A DNA stretch of 32,000 nt from Clostridia bacterium (GCA_036645795.1 JAVXNL010000003.1:1-32000); one strand, 5' to 3'. Shown: positions 16,916 to 27,044, numbered from the stretch's first letter. Notes: generated by a model from the letters alone, not told the origin. Numbers and translations: made by a program.

Positions 16916-19384
16916 ATGGATGATGAAAATTTCTTAGAGGCACAAAAGATTGTACCAGTTAAGATAGAAGATGAAATGAAAAAATCATATATAGATTATG
17001 CTATGAGTGTAATTGTAGCGCGTGCACTTCCGGATGTAAGAGACGGCTTAAAACCAGTTCACAGAAGAATCTTATATGTAATGAGCGAACTTTCTTTATG
17101 GCCAGAAAAACCATTTAGGAAATCAGCAAGTATTGTGGGAGATGTAATGGGTAATTATCATCCACATGGAGATTCTGCAATTTATGATGCATTAGTACGT
17201 TTATCACAAGATTTCTCTCTTAGATATCCTGTAGTAAATGGACATGGTAACTTTGGTTCAATAGACAATGATCCACCAGCGGCAATGAGGTATACAGAAG
17301 CGAAGCTTCAAAAAATAGCTCTTGAAATGTTAAATGATTTAGATAAAAATACAGTAGATTATATACCAAACTATGATGAGAGATTAAAAGAACCAACTGT
17401 ACTTCCTGCAAAATTACCATACTTACTTGTAAATGGTTCTTATGGTATAGCGGTAGGTATGGCGTGCAATATACCACCTCATAATTTAACTGAGGTTATA
17501 AATGGAATAATTGCTCAAATAGACAATCCAGATATAACAAACGAAGAGTTGATGGAATACATAAAAGGACCAGATTTTCCAACAGGAGGACTTATTGTTG
17601 GTAAAGAAGGGATTATAAATGGATATACAACAGGCAGAGGCAAAGTTTGTGTAAGAGCTAAAGCTGAGATTGAAGAAGATGCGAGGGGCCGTTACAAAAT
17701 AATTGTAAATGAAATACCATATCAAGTAAATAAAGCTGCACTAATTCAAAATATAGCAAAACTTGTAGGGCTAAAAACTATTGAAGGAATATCTGATTTA
17801 AGAGATGAATCTGATAGAGATGGGTTGAGAATTTCTATTGATCTTAAAAAAGATGCAAACCCAAATGTTGTATTAAATTTATTATATAAGCACACTCAAT
17901 TACAAACAACTCAAAGCATGCTTATGCTAGCTCTTGTAGATAACCAACCAAAAGTTTTAGCGTTAAGAGAAATACTATATCACTATATAGAGCATAGAAA
18001 GGTAATTGTTACAAGAAGAACACAATTTGAACTTGATAAAGCATTAGCAAGACTTCATATATTAGAAGGCTTAAGAATAGCTTTGGATCATATAGATGAA
18101 ATTATACGAATAATACGTTCTGCATACGATGACGCACAAAAAAGACTTATGGAAGCTTTTGGATTATCTGAAATACAGTCAACAGCTATTCTTGAAATGA
18201 AACTTAGAACGCTACAAGGTTTACAAAGAGAAAAAATAGAAGCTGAGTATGAAGAGCTTACTGCGTTAGTAAAGCATTTAAGAGAAATACTTGGGAACGA
18301 ACAGCTAGTTATGAATATTATAAAAGAAGAACTAGTAGAGATAAAAACAAAATATGGTGATGAAAGAAAAACCGAAATAATACATGGAGAAGGCGATATA
18401 GACATTGAGAGCTTAATTAAAGAAGAAACAAATATCGTAACGCTTACACATTTTGGGTATATAAAAAGAATAGCATCAGATGTATATAGAAGCCAAAGAC
18501 GTGGAGGAAAAGGTCTTACTGCTATGAATACAAGAGAAGAAGACTTTGTTGAACATCTTTTTGTAACATCAACACATAATTATATAATGTTTTTTACAAA
18601 TACAGGTAAAGCATTTAGGTTAAAAGCATATGAGTTGCCAGAATCTGGAAGAACGGCTAAAGGAACTGCAATAGTAAATTTATTACAATTAGCGCAAGGT
18701 GAGAAAATAGCAGCGGTTATACCAGTTGAAGATTATGAGGCTGAACAATATGTGCTTATGGCAACAAGAAATGGCTTGATTAAGAAAACTAAACTCTCAG
18801 AGTATAGTAATATAAGAAAAACAGGAAAACAAGGAATTACTTTAAAAGAAGATGATGAATTAATTGATGTAAGACTTACTGATGGAAATAGCAATGTTGT
18901 AATGGTTACAAAAAAAGGTCTAGCAATTAGATTTGGAGAAAGTGAAGTAAGAGCTGTCGGCAGAATATCTATGGGAGTAAAAGGAATAAATCTTTCAAAA
19001 GGTGATAAAGTTGTTGGAATGGAACCTATAAATTCTGACAAAGACTATGTACTTGCTATAACTGAAAATGGATTTGGTAAGAGAACAGAAGTTGATGAAT
19101 ATAGGCAACAGGCAAGAAGTGGAAAAGGAACTTTAACGTATAAAACAACAGCTAAAACCGGACATATAATAGGTGTTAAAATAGTTGGGCAAAAAGATGA
19201 CATTATGCTTATAACAGACACAGGAGTTGTAATAAGGCTTAACGTAAGTGAGATAAGCGTGCTTGGTAGAAATACGCAAGGGGTAACACTTATGAGAACA
19301 TCTGATGGTGGGAAAGTTGTTAATATGGCAAAACTTCCACAAGAAGAGGAAGAAGAAATAGAAGCAGAATTGGAACAAAAATAA
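16916..19384 (+). CDS. gyrA: DNA gyrase subunit A
   Basis: GGAGG RBS; [31 protein letters not shown]; catalytic-Tyr motif [10 protein letters not shown]; GyrA-box QRRGGKG in the C-terminal beta-pinwheel, which distinguishes GyrA from ParC; acidic C-terminal tail. Confidence 0.95.
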   Translation: MDDENFLEAQKIVPVKIEDEMKKSYIDYAMSVIVARALPDVRDGLKPVHRRILYVMSELSLWPEKPFRKSASIVGDVMGNYHPHGDSAIYDALVRLSQDFSLRYPVVNGHGNFGSIDNDPPAAMRYTEAKLQKIALEMLNDLDKNTVDYIPNYDERLKEPTVLPAKLPYLLVNGSYGIAVGMACNIPPHNLTEVINGIIAQIDNPDITNEELMEYIKGPDFPTGGLIVGKEGIINGYTTGRGKVCVRAKAEIEEDARGRYKIIVNEIPYQVNKAALIQNIAKLVGLKTIEGISDLRDESDRDGLRISIDLKKDANPNVVLNLLYKHTQLQTTQSMLMLALVDNQPKVLALREILYHYIEHRKVIVTRRTQFELDKALARLHILEGLRIALDHIDEIIRIIRSAYDDAQKRLMEAFGLSEIQSTAILEMKLRTLQGLQREKIEAEYEELTALVKHLREILGNEQLVMNIIKEELVEIKTKYGDERKTEIIHGEGDIDIESLIKEETNIVTLTHFGYIKRIASDVYRSQRRGGKGLTAMNTREEDFVEHLFVTSTHNYIMFFTNTGKAFRLKAYELPESGRTAKGTAIVNLLQLAQGEKIAAVIPVEDYEAEQYVLMATRNGLIKKTKLSEYSNIRKTGKQGITLKEDDELIDVRLTDGNSNVVMVTKKGLAIRFGESEVRAVGRISMGVKGINLSKGDKVVGMEPINSDKDYVLAITENGFGKRTEVDEYRQQARSGKGTLTYKTTAKTGHIIGVKIVGQKDDIMLITDTGVVIRLNVSEISVLGRNTQGVTLMRTSDGGKVVNMAKLPQEEEEEIEAELEQK

Positions 19385-19456
19385 GGTGTTAATTTATACA
19401 AAAATGATATAAAACAAAAATTAAACAAAGCCAGAAAAGTTTGAATTATATAAAAC

Positions 19457-19505
19457 AAAGCAAATGCAGGCACCTAAAAAGAAGATGTTTGTATTTGCTT
19501 TTTTG
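19457..19505 (+). terminator. terminator-like hairpin plus T-run between gyrA and the hydrolase gene
   Basis: gcaaatgca (19460-19468) pairs with tgtatttgc (19490-19498, one G-U pair). Loop is 21 nt. TTTTTT follows and abuts the GGAGGA RBS of the next gene. Confidence 0.4.
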
Positions 19506-19515
19506 GAGGAGTTAT

Positions 19516-20457
19516 ATGGATTATAAAGTAGAAAAAATAGAATTTAAAAGCGCAGATAAAATACATATGATAAAAGGAAAAATATATATTCCAAAAAATA
19601 AAGAAGATATAAAAGGAATTATTCAGATATCACATGGAATGTGTGAATATATAGGCAGATATACAAAGTTTTTTGAATATATGGTAAAACAAGGATTTGT
19701 TGTATGTGGACATGACCATTTAGGACATGGAGAATCAGTATTTACAGATGAAGAATTGGGCTTTTTTGCTGATGAGAACGGATATAAATTATTAGTTCAA
19801 GATTTACACCATTTTACAAATATAATTAAAAGTAAATTTGTGGATAAACCAATATTTTTATTTGGACATTCAATGGGATCTTTTATAGTAAGGTGTTATC
19901 TTTCAAAATATGGTAACCAGATAACAGGCGCTATAATATGCGGAACGTGCGGGCTTACAACGGTTATGGATCCTGCAATAAAAGCTACTGAAATGGTGGA
20001 AAAGAAAAAAGGAAAAATGTATCGAAGTAAGTTTATAAATGATATAGCTTTTGGAGCTTTTAATTTAAAGTTTCAACCAATAAAGACTCGTTATGATTGG
20101 GTTAGTACTGATGAGGAAATAGTTAAAAAGTATAGTGAAGATACAAGATGTAATTTTGTGTTTACAACAAGAGCTTTTAATGATTTATTTCATTTAATTA
20201 GTTGGTGTAATTCTACAAAGTGCTTTAAAAAAACGCCTGATGCCTTACCCTTGTTAATCATATCTGGAAGCTTAGACCCTGTGGGAGAATATAGTGAGGG
20301 GGTACTTAAAGTATATAAATTGTTTGTAGAAAATGATTGTAAAGACGCGACTTTAAAACTATATTCTAAATTAAGGCATGAACTTTTAAATGAGGTTAAT
20401 TATAAAGTTATATATAAAGATATACAAAATTGGATTGAAAATAAAATAAACACATAA
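19516..20457 (+). CDS. alpha/beta hydrolase (lysophospholipase / monoacylglycerol-lipase-like)
   Basis: GGAGGA RBS before the ATG at 19516; the track start at 19441 is upstream of the hairpin. HGMCEY, nucleophile elbow GHSMGS, and a late RHELLNE histidine. Confidence 0.75.
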   Translation: MDYKVEKIEFKSADKIHMIKGKIYIPKNKEDIKGIIQISHGMCEYIGRYTKFFEYMVKQGFVVCGHDHLGHGESVFTDEELGFFADENGYKLLVQDLHHFTNIIKSKFVDKPIFLFGHSMGSFIVRCYLSKYGNQITGAIICGTCGLTTVMDPAIKATEMVEKKKGKMYRSKFINDIAFGAFNLKFQPIKTRYDWVSTDEEIVKKYSEDTRCNFVFTTRAFNDLFHLISWCNSTKCFKKTPDALPLLIISGSLDPVGEYSEGVLKVYKLFVENDCKDATLKLYSKLRHELLNEVNYKVIYKDIQNWIENKINT

Positions 20458-20525
20458 AAATTATATAACACCAATATATTTGAAAGGCTCTTTTATTTTA
20501 GGGTATTATATGATATAATAAAAGT

Positions 20526-20862
20526 ATAAGTATTTCATTTAGTCGCATGCAATCTTTGTATGAGGAAAGTCCGGACACTATAGGGCAATGGTACTAGATA
20601 ACGTCTAGTGGGAGTGATCCTAAGGAAAGTGCAACAGAAAATAACCGCCACTTTATGTGGTAAGGGTGAAAATGTGAGGCAAGAGCTCACAAACAGCTTT
20701 GGAGACTTAGCTGTTCGTGTAAACCCTACCTAGTGCAACGCTAAGAATGGAGAGGTTAAGACTGCCCGTCGTCTTTCGTGGTTAGCGGCTTGAGGTATAT
20801 AGCAATGTATATCCTAGATAAATGACTATTTAAAACAGAATCCGGCTTACGAGATGCTTAGT
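20526..20862 (+). ncRNA. rnpB: RNase P RNA (M1 RNA), apparently bacterial type A
   Basis: GAGGAAAGTCCGG (20562-) and ACAGAATCCGGCTTA P4 halves. Also AGGGCAATGGT...GGAAAGTGCAACAGAAAATAACCGCC, GGTAAGGGTGAAA and GCTTGAG...CCTAGATAAATGACT, all collinear with my recollection of E. coli M1 RNA. P1 pairing taagtatttc (20527-20536) with gagatgctta (20851-20860). TGaTATAAT -10 at 20511-20519 places the transcription start at about 20526. Confidence 0.93.
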
Positions 20863-20893
20863 AACTCTACTCTTAAATGAGTAGAGTTATTTT
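20863..20893 (+). terminator. Rho-independent terminator of rnpB
   Basis: aactctactc / gagtagagtt 10-bp stem, 6-nt loop, followed by ATTTTA. Confidence 0.7.
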
Positions 20894-20979
20894 AGTGTGT
20901 ATGATAGGACAGACAATTTAGAGTTGCTAATTTTAAAAAACTAATTTGCGAGTTAGTGCAAGGAATTAGTTGGGTTTTA

Positions 20980-21008
20980 TTGACAATTTCAAGGTTTTGT
21001 ATTATACT
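20980..21008 (+). promoter_or_regulatory. sigma-A type promoter for the CofE-like gene
   Basis: TTGACA (20980-20985), 17-nt spacer, TATACT (21003-21008). Confidence 0.55.
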
Positions 21009-21044
21009 TGTTATATAATTTATTTATGAAAGAAGGTAGTATTT

Positions 21045-21821
21045 ATGGAATTTAAAGCAAATCCAGGAAAAAGTGTAGATATAGAAGTAAAAGGAGAAAA
21101 ATATTTAAGAAATGCAATAGAAACTCACTATGTACAAATAGGAGAAAATTATTTAGAAATAATAGAAAAATATGTAAAGCCAATTTATGAAGATGGTGAT
21201 ATAGTATCAATAAGCGAAAAAATAATTGGATTATGTCAAAAAAGAGTGGTATACAAAAAAGATATAAAAATAAGTGGGCTTGCAAAGTTTTTATCTAAGT
21301 TTGCCATGAAAAGCGATGCAGGTGTTGGCGTAGATAATCCTTATAAAATGCAATTTGCAATAAATCTTTGTGGAAGGTTTAAAGTTATTTGGGCAGCTGT
21401 TGCGGGAGGCTTTGCAAAATTGTTTGGAAGACATGGGACTTTTTATAGGATTGTTGGTCCTGAAATCAGTGGATTAGATGGGTTTTACGGGGATGTTTTT
21501 GAAGATTATGCGGAGTTTGGAATAAGAATACCTGATAATTCAACAGGTGTATGTAATGAAATGTATGAAAAATTAGGGATAAAAGCAATGATTGTAGATG
21601 CAAATGATTTTAATGTGGAAATACTTGGTAAATCAGATAAAATAGAGTTATCTGATGAAGATTTAGCTGAAATAATAAAAGATAATCCTGCAGGGCAAGC
21701 AAAAACGCTTACACCTTTAATACTAATAAGAAAATCTATAAAACAAGATGGAGCAGAAAAGCAAAAGGTTGAAGAGAATTCCGTTCAAAAAGATGTTGCT
21801 AGAAATGATAATAAAGAATAA
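21045..21821 (+). CDS. F420-0:gamma-glutamyl ligase (CofE)-like family protein
   Basis: 258-aa ORF with GAAGGTAG RBS. Overall pattern (DGDIVSISEKIIGLCQ, GVGVDNPYKMQ, GLDGFYGD, IVDANDF) recalls CofE-like proteins of non-F420 Firmicutes. From memory only. Confidence 0.45.
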   Translation: MEFKANPGKSVDIEVKGEKYLRNAIETHYVQIGENYLEIIEKYVKPIYEDGDIVSISEKIIGLCQKRVVYKKDIKISGLAKFLSKFAMKSDAGVGVDNPYKMQFAINLCGRFKVIWAAVAGGFAKLFGRHGTFYRIVGPEISGLDGFYGDVFEDYAEFGIRIPDNSTGVCNEMYEKLGIKAMIVDANDFNVEILGKSDKIELSDEDLAEIIKDNPAGQAKTLTPLILIRKSIKQDGAEKQKVEENSVQKDVARNDNKE

Positions 21822-21894
21822 GATAATAAAGGTTTTATAAAAGCACAAAAAATGAGCGGATAGGTTGAAGCTTCAACTGATATCGGAGGATAAA

Positions 21895-23740
21895 ATGTCA
21901 AGAAAAAGAAAAAAGAAAAACAAAAATAATAAAGTTGGAGAAAATAATAGCAAAAATATTAATACAAAGCAAAACGAAACTGTTCAAAAAGTAGATTTGA
22001 CAGAAGAAGTTAAGTTACAAGAAAAAGAGCAGTTAGAATTAGAAAAAGAAATGAAAGAAAAAGAGCTTTGTGATAAGGAAGAAAAAAAAGATTTGCTAGA
22101 TGAAATTATTGAAAAACACGAAGAAGTAGAAAAGCCAAAAGAGAGTAATATAGTATATTACGATGATAAAGAAAAACAAAAGAAAAGAAATAAAGTAATT
22201 GCTTTTACATGTATATCTTTTGTTTTAAGTCTAATAGTACTTTTTTGTATAATAGTATGTATAAATAAAACAAATACAAATGTGTATAAAAATATATTTG
22301 TATTTGACAAAGATTTATCTAAAATGTCATCTCAACAAGTTATTGAGGTGTTAAAAAATAAGTCTGAGAGCATAAAAAGTGAAAGAAAAATAGATGTATA
22401 CCAAGACAACGAGTCAATATATTCAATAAGGGGACAAGACATAGGCTTAGAAATTGATGTAGAAGATACAGCGAAAAAAATAATGGAATATGGAAGAAGT
22501 GACAATATTTTAAAAGATAATATTAAAATATTGAGAGCTTTATTTAAGCCAGTGACTATAGAGCCTACATATAAATATAATGATGCTAAAGTAGAAGACA
22601 TTGTAAAAAATATTGAACTTACACTAAAAGAACGCTTTGTAGATGATAGTTATAGTCTAGATGAAAAAAATCATAAAATAGTTATCGTTAAAGGAAAGAA
22701 TGGAAACACATTAGATTATAATATAGAAAAAGAACATATCATTCATGCATTAGAACAAGATTTATCAAAATCAACAATAGATATTATTGAAAAAAAGCCA
22801 ACTAGTTTAGATGTTGAAAAAGTGCATCAAGAAATAAAAAAAGATGCGAAAGATGCATATATAGATAGAAATTCTAATCCAGCTAAATTTGTTTCAGAAC
22901 AAATTGGGTTTGATTTTAGTATAACGGATTTAGAAAACACTTTAAATTTACCTGAAAATCAAGTAGAAGGAAAATCAATAGATTTTAATTTAAAGGTAAT
23001 AGAGCCAAAAGTTAAACTTACAGATATAACATATACATTATATAAAGATAAATTAGCAGGATATACAACATATTTTGATTCACCTCAAGGACCAAGAGGA
23101 AATAATCTTAATATAGCATTAAGATATTTAAATGGAAAAATAATAATGCCAGGAGAGACATTTTCATTTAACAAAGCAATAGGTGATACAACTGCAGCAA
23201 AAGGATATTTAGAAGCTGCCACTTTCAAAGGTGGGACTGTAGTGATGGAAATGGGAGGTGGAATTTGCCAAACCACATCAACACTTTATGATGTAGCACT
23301 TATGGCAAATCTAGAAATAGTAGAAAGACATCCTCATCGGACTACCCGTAGCTTATGTTCCACCAAGTAGAGATGCCACAGTGTATTCACCAGTACTAGA
23401 TTTTAAATTTAAAAACACAAGAAATTTTCCAGTCAAAATTATAACATCTTTTAGTAACGGTGGAAGTATGAATATAAGTATATTTGGTACGAGAGAAGAA
23501 GTTGAGTATGAAATTGTACTTAGTAGTAAGACAACAGGCGTAGTTCCATTTACAACCAAGTATATATATGATGATGCGCTTGCAAAAGGACAACAAGTTG
23601 TTCAAAGTGGGGGCGTTAATGGATATACATCAGAAGGATATATTACTAAAAAGTTAAATGGAGCACAAGTAAATGTTTCATTGCTTTCAAAGGATACATA
23701 TAACGCACAACAACAAGTAGTTAGAATAGGAACTAGATAA
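21895..23740 (+). pseudogene. VanW-family protein with C-terminal G5-like domain, interrupted by a +1 frameshift near 23341
   Basis: GGAGGA RBS before the ATG at 21895. K/E-rich N-terminus, one TM segment, and a VanW core (GGGICQTTSTLYDVALMANLEIVERHPH) that stops at 23370. The core continues in the next frame as (L)PVAYVPPSRDATVYSPVLDFKFKN... through a G5-like end (VVQSGGVNGYT...VVRIGT) to 23740. Confidence 0.8.
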
Positions 23741-23880
23741 AGATGTCTAGTAGCAAACTAAATTATGTAATGTGTAGAACTTGCAATTCTATCTATTACA
23801 CTTTACAAGCAATGAAATATTAAAAAGTAGTAAACTGTAACATTTTTATTTGCTTTTTTGATAAAATATATAATTATGTA

Positions 23881-23909
23881 TTGCAATAATATAAAATATA
23901 TAGTATAAT
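23881..23909 (+). promoter_or_regulatory. sigma-A type promoter for the second T4CP locus
   Basis: TTGCAA (23881-23886), 17-nt spacer, TATAAT (23904-23909). Confidence 0.55.
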
Positions 23910-23943
23910 TAAGTTAGACTAGATTAAAATCTAAGAAAGAGGT

Positions 23944-24495
23944 ATGTATATGGAACCTTTAATACAAATGAACAAGTTTGAAATAATAGATATGCCTGGT
24001 ATGAATACGGTAGCTTTTGTAGTTGAAAAAAACGAAACTGAATTTAATAATGGAAATGCATTATTGACATTGCAAAAAATAGAAGCTATTGATACACAAG
24101 AAGATGGAAAAATTAAGAAAAATTTTAATGTAATTAGAACATCGAGTGAAGAGGTTAATTTAATTGTTTTATTGACCCTTACAAATTCAAAGGCTCTTTT
24201 GAGTACGGGTGAATTATCAAAAGAGGGGTTTAAAGTTACAGAGGAAAATATTCCGCTTAGCTATGGAACAATATTTAATCAAGAAGGAATAGAGTACAAA
24301 GAAGTTGAGTATACACCTGATATGAAAAGACATTTTTCAATAATTGACTCTCAAACTGGAAATGAAGTAAAACCAGTATTATATAAAGATGAGAGAACTG
24401 GCGCTATAAAAGGAAGATGCAAATTACTTCCTAATAAGCCATACATTGTATTAGAATTAAAGTTTGATATAGAAGAGGATGATTCCAAAAGATAA
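23944..24495 (+). CDS. hypothetical soluble protein
   Basis: 183-aa ORF with AAGAGG RBS (ATG at 23944 or 23950). No TM segment or signal peptide, acidic C-terminus, no motif recognised. Confidence 0.55.
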   Translation: MYMEPLIQMNKFEIIDMPGMNTVAFVVEKNETEFNNGNALLTLQKIEAIDTQEDGKIKKNFNVIRTSSEEVNLIVLLTLTNSKALLSTGELSKEGFKVTEENIPLSYGTIFNQEGIEYKEVEYTPDMKRHFSIIDSQTGNEVKPVLYKDERTGAIKGRCKLLPNKPYIVLELKFDIEEDDSKR

Positions 24496-24622
24496 AAAAC
24501 AGAAGTAAACACACTAAATCAAAAATCAGAGAAAGATTAACCAAAAGTCTAAAAATTTGTATGTAGAAAAAAAGGTAGTTTAAACGAAGTAGGATAGGTA
24601 GTAAAAAGGAGGAATTTTTAAT

Positions 24623-24823
24623 ATGGCAATAATAATAAAAAATTTTGAGGTGGCAGGAATTGTAACGTGCGGAGATGATTTTGAAAGTGGTAAGGTGAGA
24701 GGTTTTGGAACTGCAGTGTTAAATGAAGCTGTTATAAATAAAGCTGTTATAGATATAGGTAATAACAAAAAAACGAAAGAAAGTAAAAAGCTCGGGTTGG
24801 ATGGAGACGAAATGATAGTTTAA
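24623..24823 (+). CDS. hypothetical small protein (66 aa)
   Basis: Excellent AAAGGAGG RBS 9 nt before the ATG. Ends 22 nt before the T4CP gene. No TM segment, no motif recognised. Confidence 0.55.
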   Translation: MAIIIKNFEVAGIVTCGDDFESGKVRGFGTAVLNEAVINKAVIDIGNNKKTKESKKLGLDGDEMIV

Positions 24824-24845
24824 CTTATAAGGAAGAGGAAAACAT

Positions 24846-26822
24846 ATGAAAAATTTATTAAGAAAGATAAAAAAAGAGTCAAAACCGTTTCTAATAGTCT
24901 ATATACTATTTGATATAATAGTTATAGGCTCTTTAGTTTTAGCTGCGCACAATGTGCCAGATACAGTTACAAATTCATTTGATAAATTCAACAGTGTATT
25001 TAAAGAGTTTTTGCCAAATATATATACTTTTAAATTTATAACTGCGATTTTTGTTGATTTTTCAGGATTCATCTCAGCATCGTTTTGGACATTAATAATC
25101 TTTATTGGACTATTTATATCATGGAAAGTTAAATTTTCAAAAAATAGTGAATTTGAAGACATTGAAAATGGTTCTGGAGGTTGGAGTCAAAACGGAGACG
25201 AATTTGATAAACTAGATGATGGTGGAGAAACACTAAATAAAAAAGAAGGCTTTATTCTTAGCAAAAAACATTATTTAAATACAGATTTAAGAAAAGTAAA
25301 AATAAATAAAAACATATTAGTATTTGGTGGATCAGGAACTGGTAAATCAGCATGTTATATAAAGCCAAATATATTGCAAAAATTGGGTTCTTATGTTATA
25401 ACAGATCCAAAAGGTGAATTGTATAGAGAGACATCTGGGTATCTAAAAGCTAATGGTTATAAAGTAAAAGTCTTAGATTTAATAGAACCTGAGTATAGTG
25501 ATAGATATAATCCACTTGCACATATACAAGATAATTCAGACGTAGATATAGTAGCTCATACAATTGTTCAAAGTGGTGAAAGTGGTGGAGGTTCTAAAGA
25601 TCCATTTTGGGAGAACACTTCAAAAATGCTACTTAAAGCATGTATTTATTATGTTTTGACAGTGTTGCCAAAAGAAGAAAGAAACCTGTCTAGCTGTTTA
25701 AATATAGTAAGAGCTGGAGGTAGTGATGAATCTATATTTGATAAATTATTTATAGATGAATTAAAGCCGGAGCATCCAGGAAGAAAAGAATATGAAGGAA
25801 TAAGACTTGGTGCAGATAAAACAAAACAAAGCATTGCGATATCACTCGTATCCAAACTTACTCATTTTGATACCCCAGATATGCAAAAGATAACAACTAC
25901 AAATGATATTGATTTTGAAGATTTAGGTAACCAAAAAACAGCTATATATGTAATAACACCGGCAGACCATAGTACATATGACTATATAGTTACAATATTT
26001 TTCTCACAGTTACTTCAAACTTTGTATTCACAAGCAAACAAAGCTGGTGGAACACTTCCAAATCAAGTATATTTACTATTAGATGAATTTGCCAATATTG
26101 GTCAAATACCAGATTTTAATAAAAAATTAAGTACGACTAGAAGTTTAGGTATAAGTGTATCTGTTGTTGTACAAAGTATAGATCAATTAGAAGGTTTATA
26201 CAAAGAGACATATGAAAATATAATTGGTAACTGCGATACACAACTTTTTTTAGGAAGTAAGTCCATAAAAACTTGTGAGTATATATGTAAAAGTTTGGGA
26301 CAAAAGACAATAAAAGTAAAAAGCAAATCTATTAGTAAAGATAAAAAAGAAAAAGAAAAACAAGGCGTATCAATAAGCGAACAAAAACAAGGCAGAGAAC
26401 TTATGACTTTAGAAGAATTAATGCGTATGGATTACAACGAAGAAATCATTCTTATTAGAGGACTTAGACCTATAAAAACTCAAAAAGCGTGGTATTATAA
26501 GTTTCACCCTCAAAGAGAGATTGCTAAAGAATATGAAATAAAGAATTCTTCATATATGCCAAAACCTGTAGAAGTTGAAATTAAAACTATGGATGTAGCA
26601 AAACATTTGGAAGATAGAATAGCTCTTGCAAGAGAAAAGATTGCTCAACAAAATGCTATGAATAAAAAACAAGAGGCTGCAGTTAATAATAAAACTGATT
26701 TTTCTAATGGTGAGCAAATAGAAAAAGATTTAACAAAACAAGAACAATCTAGCAGAATTGATATACAAAAAGAATTAGAAAAAAAATTCGACGAATTGTT
26801 CGGCAGTTCAAATAAACATTAA
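24846..26822 (+). CDS. type IV secretion coupling protein, VirD4/TraG family
   Basis: Two N-terminal TM segments, then Walker A FGGSGTGKS, ITDPKGELY, YNPL, DPFWEN, Walker B LLLDEFANIGQIP and VVVQSIDQLEGLY. This is the classic T4CP motif series. Charged, low-complexity C-terminal tail. Confidence 0.88.
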   Translation: MKNLLRKIKKESKPFLIVYILFDIIVIGSLVLAAHNVPDTVTNSFDKFNSVFKEFLPNIYTFKFITAIFVDFSGFISASFWTLIIFIGLFISWKVKFSKNSEFEDIENGSGGWSQNGDEFDKLDDGGETLNKKEGFILSKKHYLNTDLRKVKINKNILVFGGSGTGKSACYIKPNILQKLGSYVITDPKGELYRETSGYLKANGYKVKVLDLIEPEYSDRYNPLAHIQDNSDVDIVAHTIVQSGESGGGSKDPFWENTSKMLLKACIYYVLTVLPKEERNLSSCLNIVRAGGSDESIFDKLFIDELKPEHPGRKEYEGIRLGADKTKQSIAISLVSKLTHFDTPDMQKITTTNDIDFEDLGNQKTAIYVITPADHSTYDYIVTIFFSQLLQTLYSQANKAGGTLPNQVYLLLDEFANIGQIPDFNKKLSTTRSLGISVSVVVQSIDQLEGLYKETYENIIGNCDTQLFLGSKSIKTCEYICKSLGQKTIKVKSKSISKDKKEKEKQGVSISEQKQGRELMTLEELMRMDYNEEIILIRGLRPIKTQKAWYYKFHPQREIAKEYEIKNSSYMPKPVEVEIKTMDVAKHLEDRIALAREKIAQQNAMNKKQEAAVNNKTDFSNGEQIEKDLTKQEQSSRIDIQKELEKKFDELFGSSNKH

Positions 26823-26830
26823 AATAAATA

Positions 26831-26866
26831 AAACTAAACATATTATTCTTGTATGTTTAGTTTTTT
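26831..26866. terminator. bidirectional Rho-independent terminator
   Basis: aaactaaacata / tatgtttagttt 12-bp stem, 9-nt loop. A T-run follows on + and an A-rich run precedes it, which reads as a T-run on -. Confidence 0.75.
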
Positions 26867-27044
26867 AGTGTTCTATAAAAGTACCCAAAGACACAACAAA
26901 GTTATCTTTATAAATATGTATTGCTTCAATATCTAAGTTTTCAGTAAGAAGTAAAATAATAACTAATAATTTATTAATGTCTAAATCACCCAGAATAGTA
27001 CCGTTTAAAAAACCATTTGAAAATTCATTAAAAATATTATTCAA
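26865..27044 (-). CDS. unlisted small ORF (59 aa), hypothetical
   Basis: Not in the supplied track (below its length cut-off). TTG start at 27044 preceded by AGAGGTGA RBS (27052-27059) with 7-nt spacing. Translation: MNNIFNEFSNGFLNGTILGDLDINKLLVIILLLTENLDIEAIHIYKDNFVVSLGTFIEH. The stop overlaps the bidirectional terminator. Confidence 0.35.
   Translation of the reverse strand: MNNIFNEFSNGFLNGTILGDLDINKLLVIILLLTENLDIEAIHIYKDNFVVSLGTFIEH

Noticed and set aside
23381-23740. The 119-aa ORF (GTG start) treated as an independent gene
   Set aside because: Its frame is open upstream to about 23325 and continues the VanW domain exactly where the preceding ORF breaks off. It is the 3' part of a frameshifted gene.
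10133-26822. The two T4CP-like track ORFs having the identical length of 658 aa, as a sign of recent duplication
   Set aside because: The sequences share only the family motifs, not extended identity. The first one probably starts 7 codons later, so the equal length is a coincidence.
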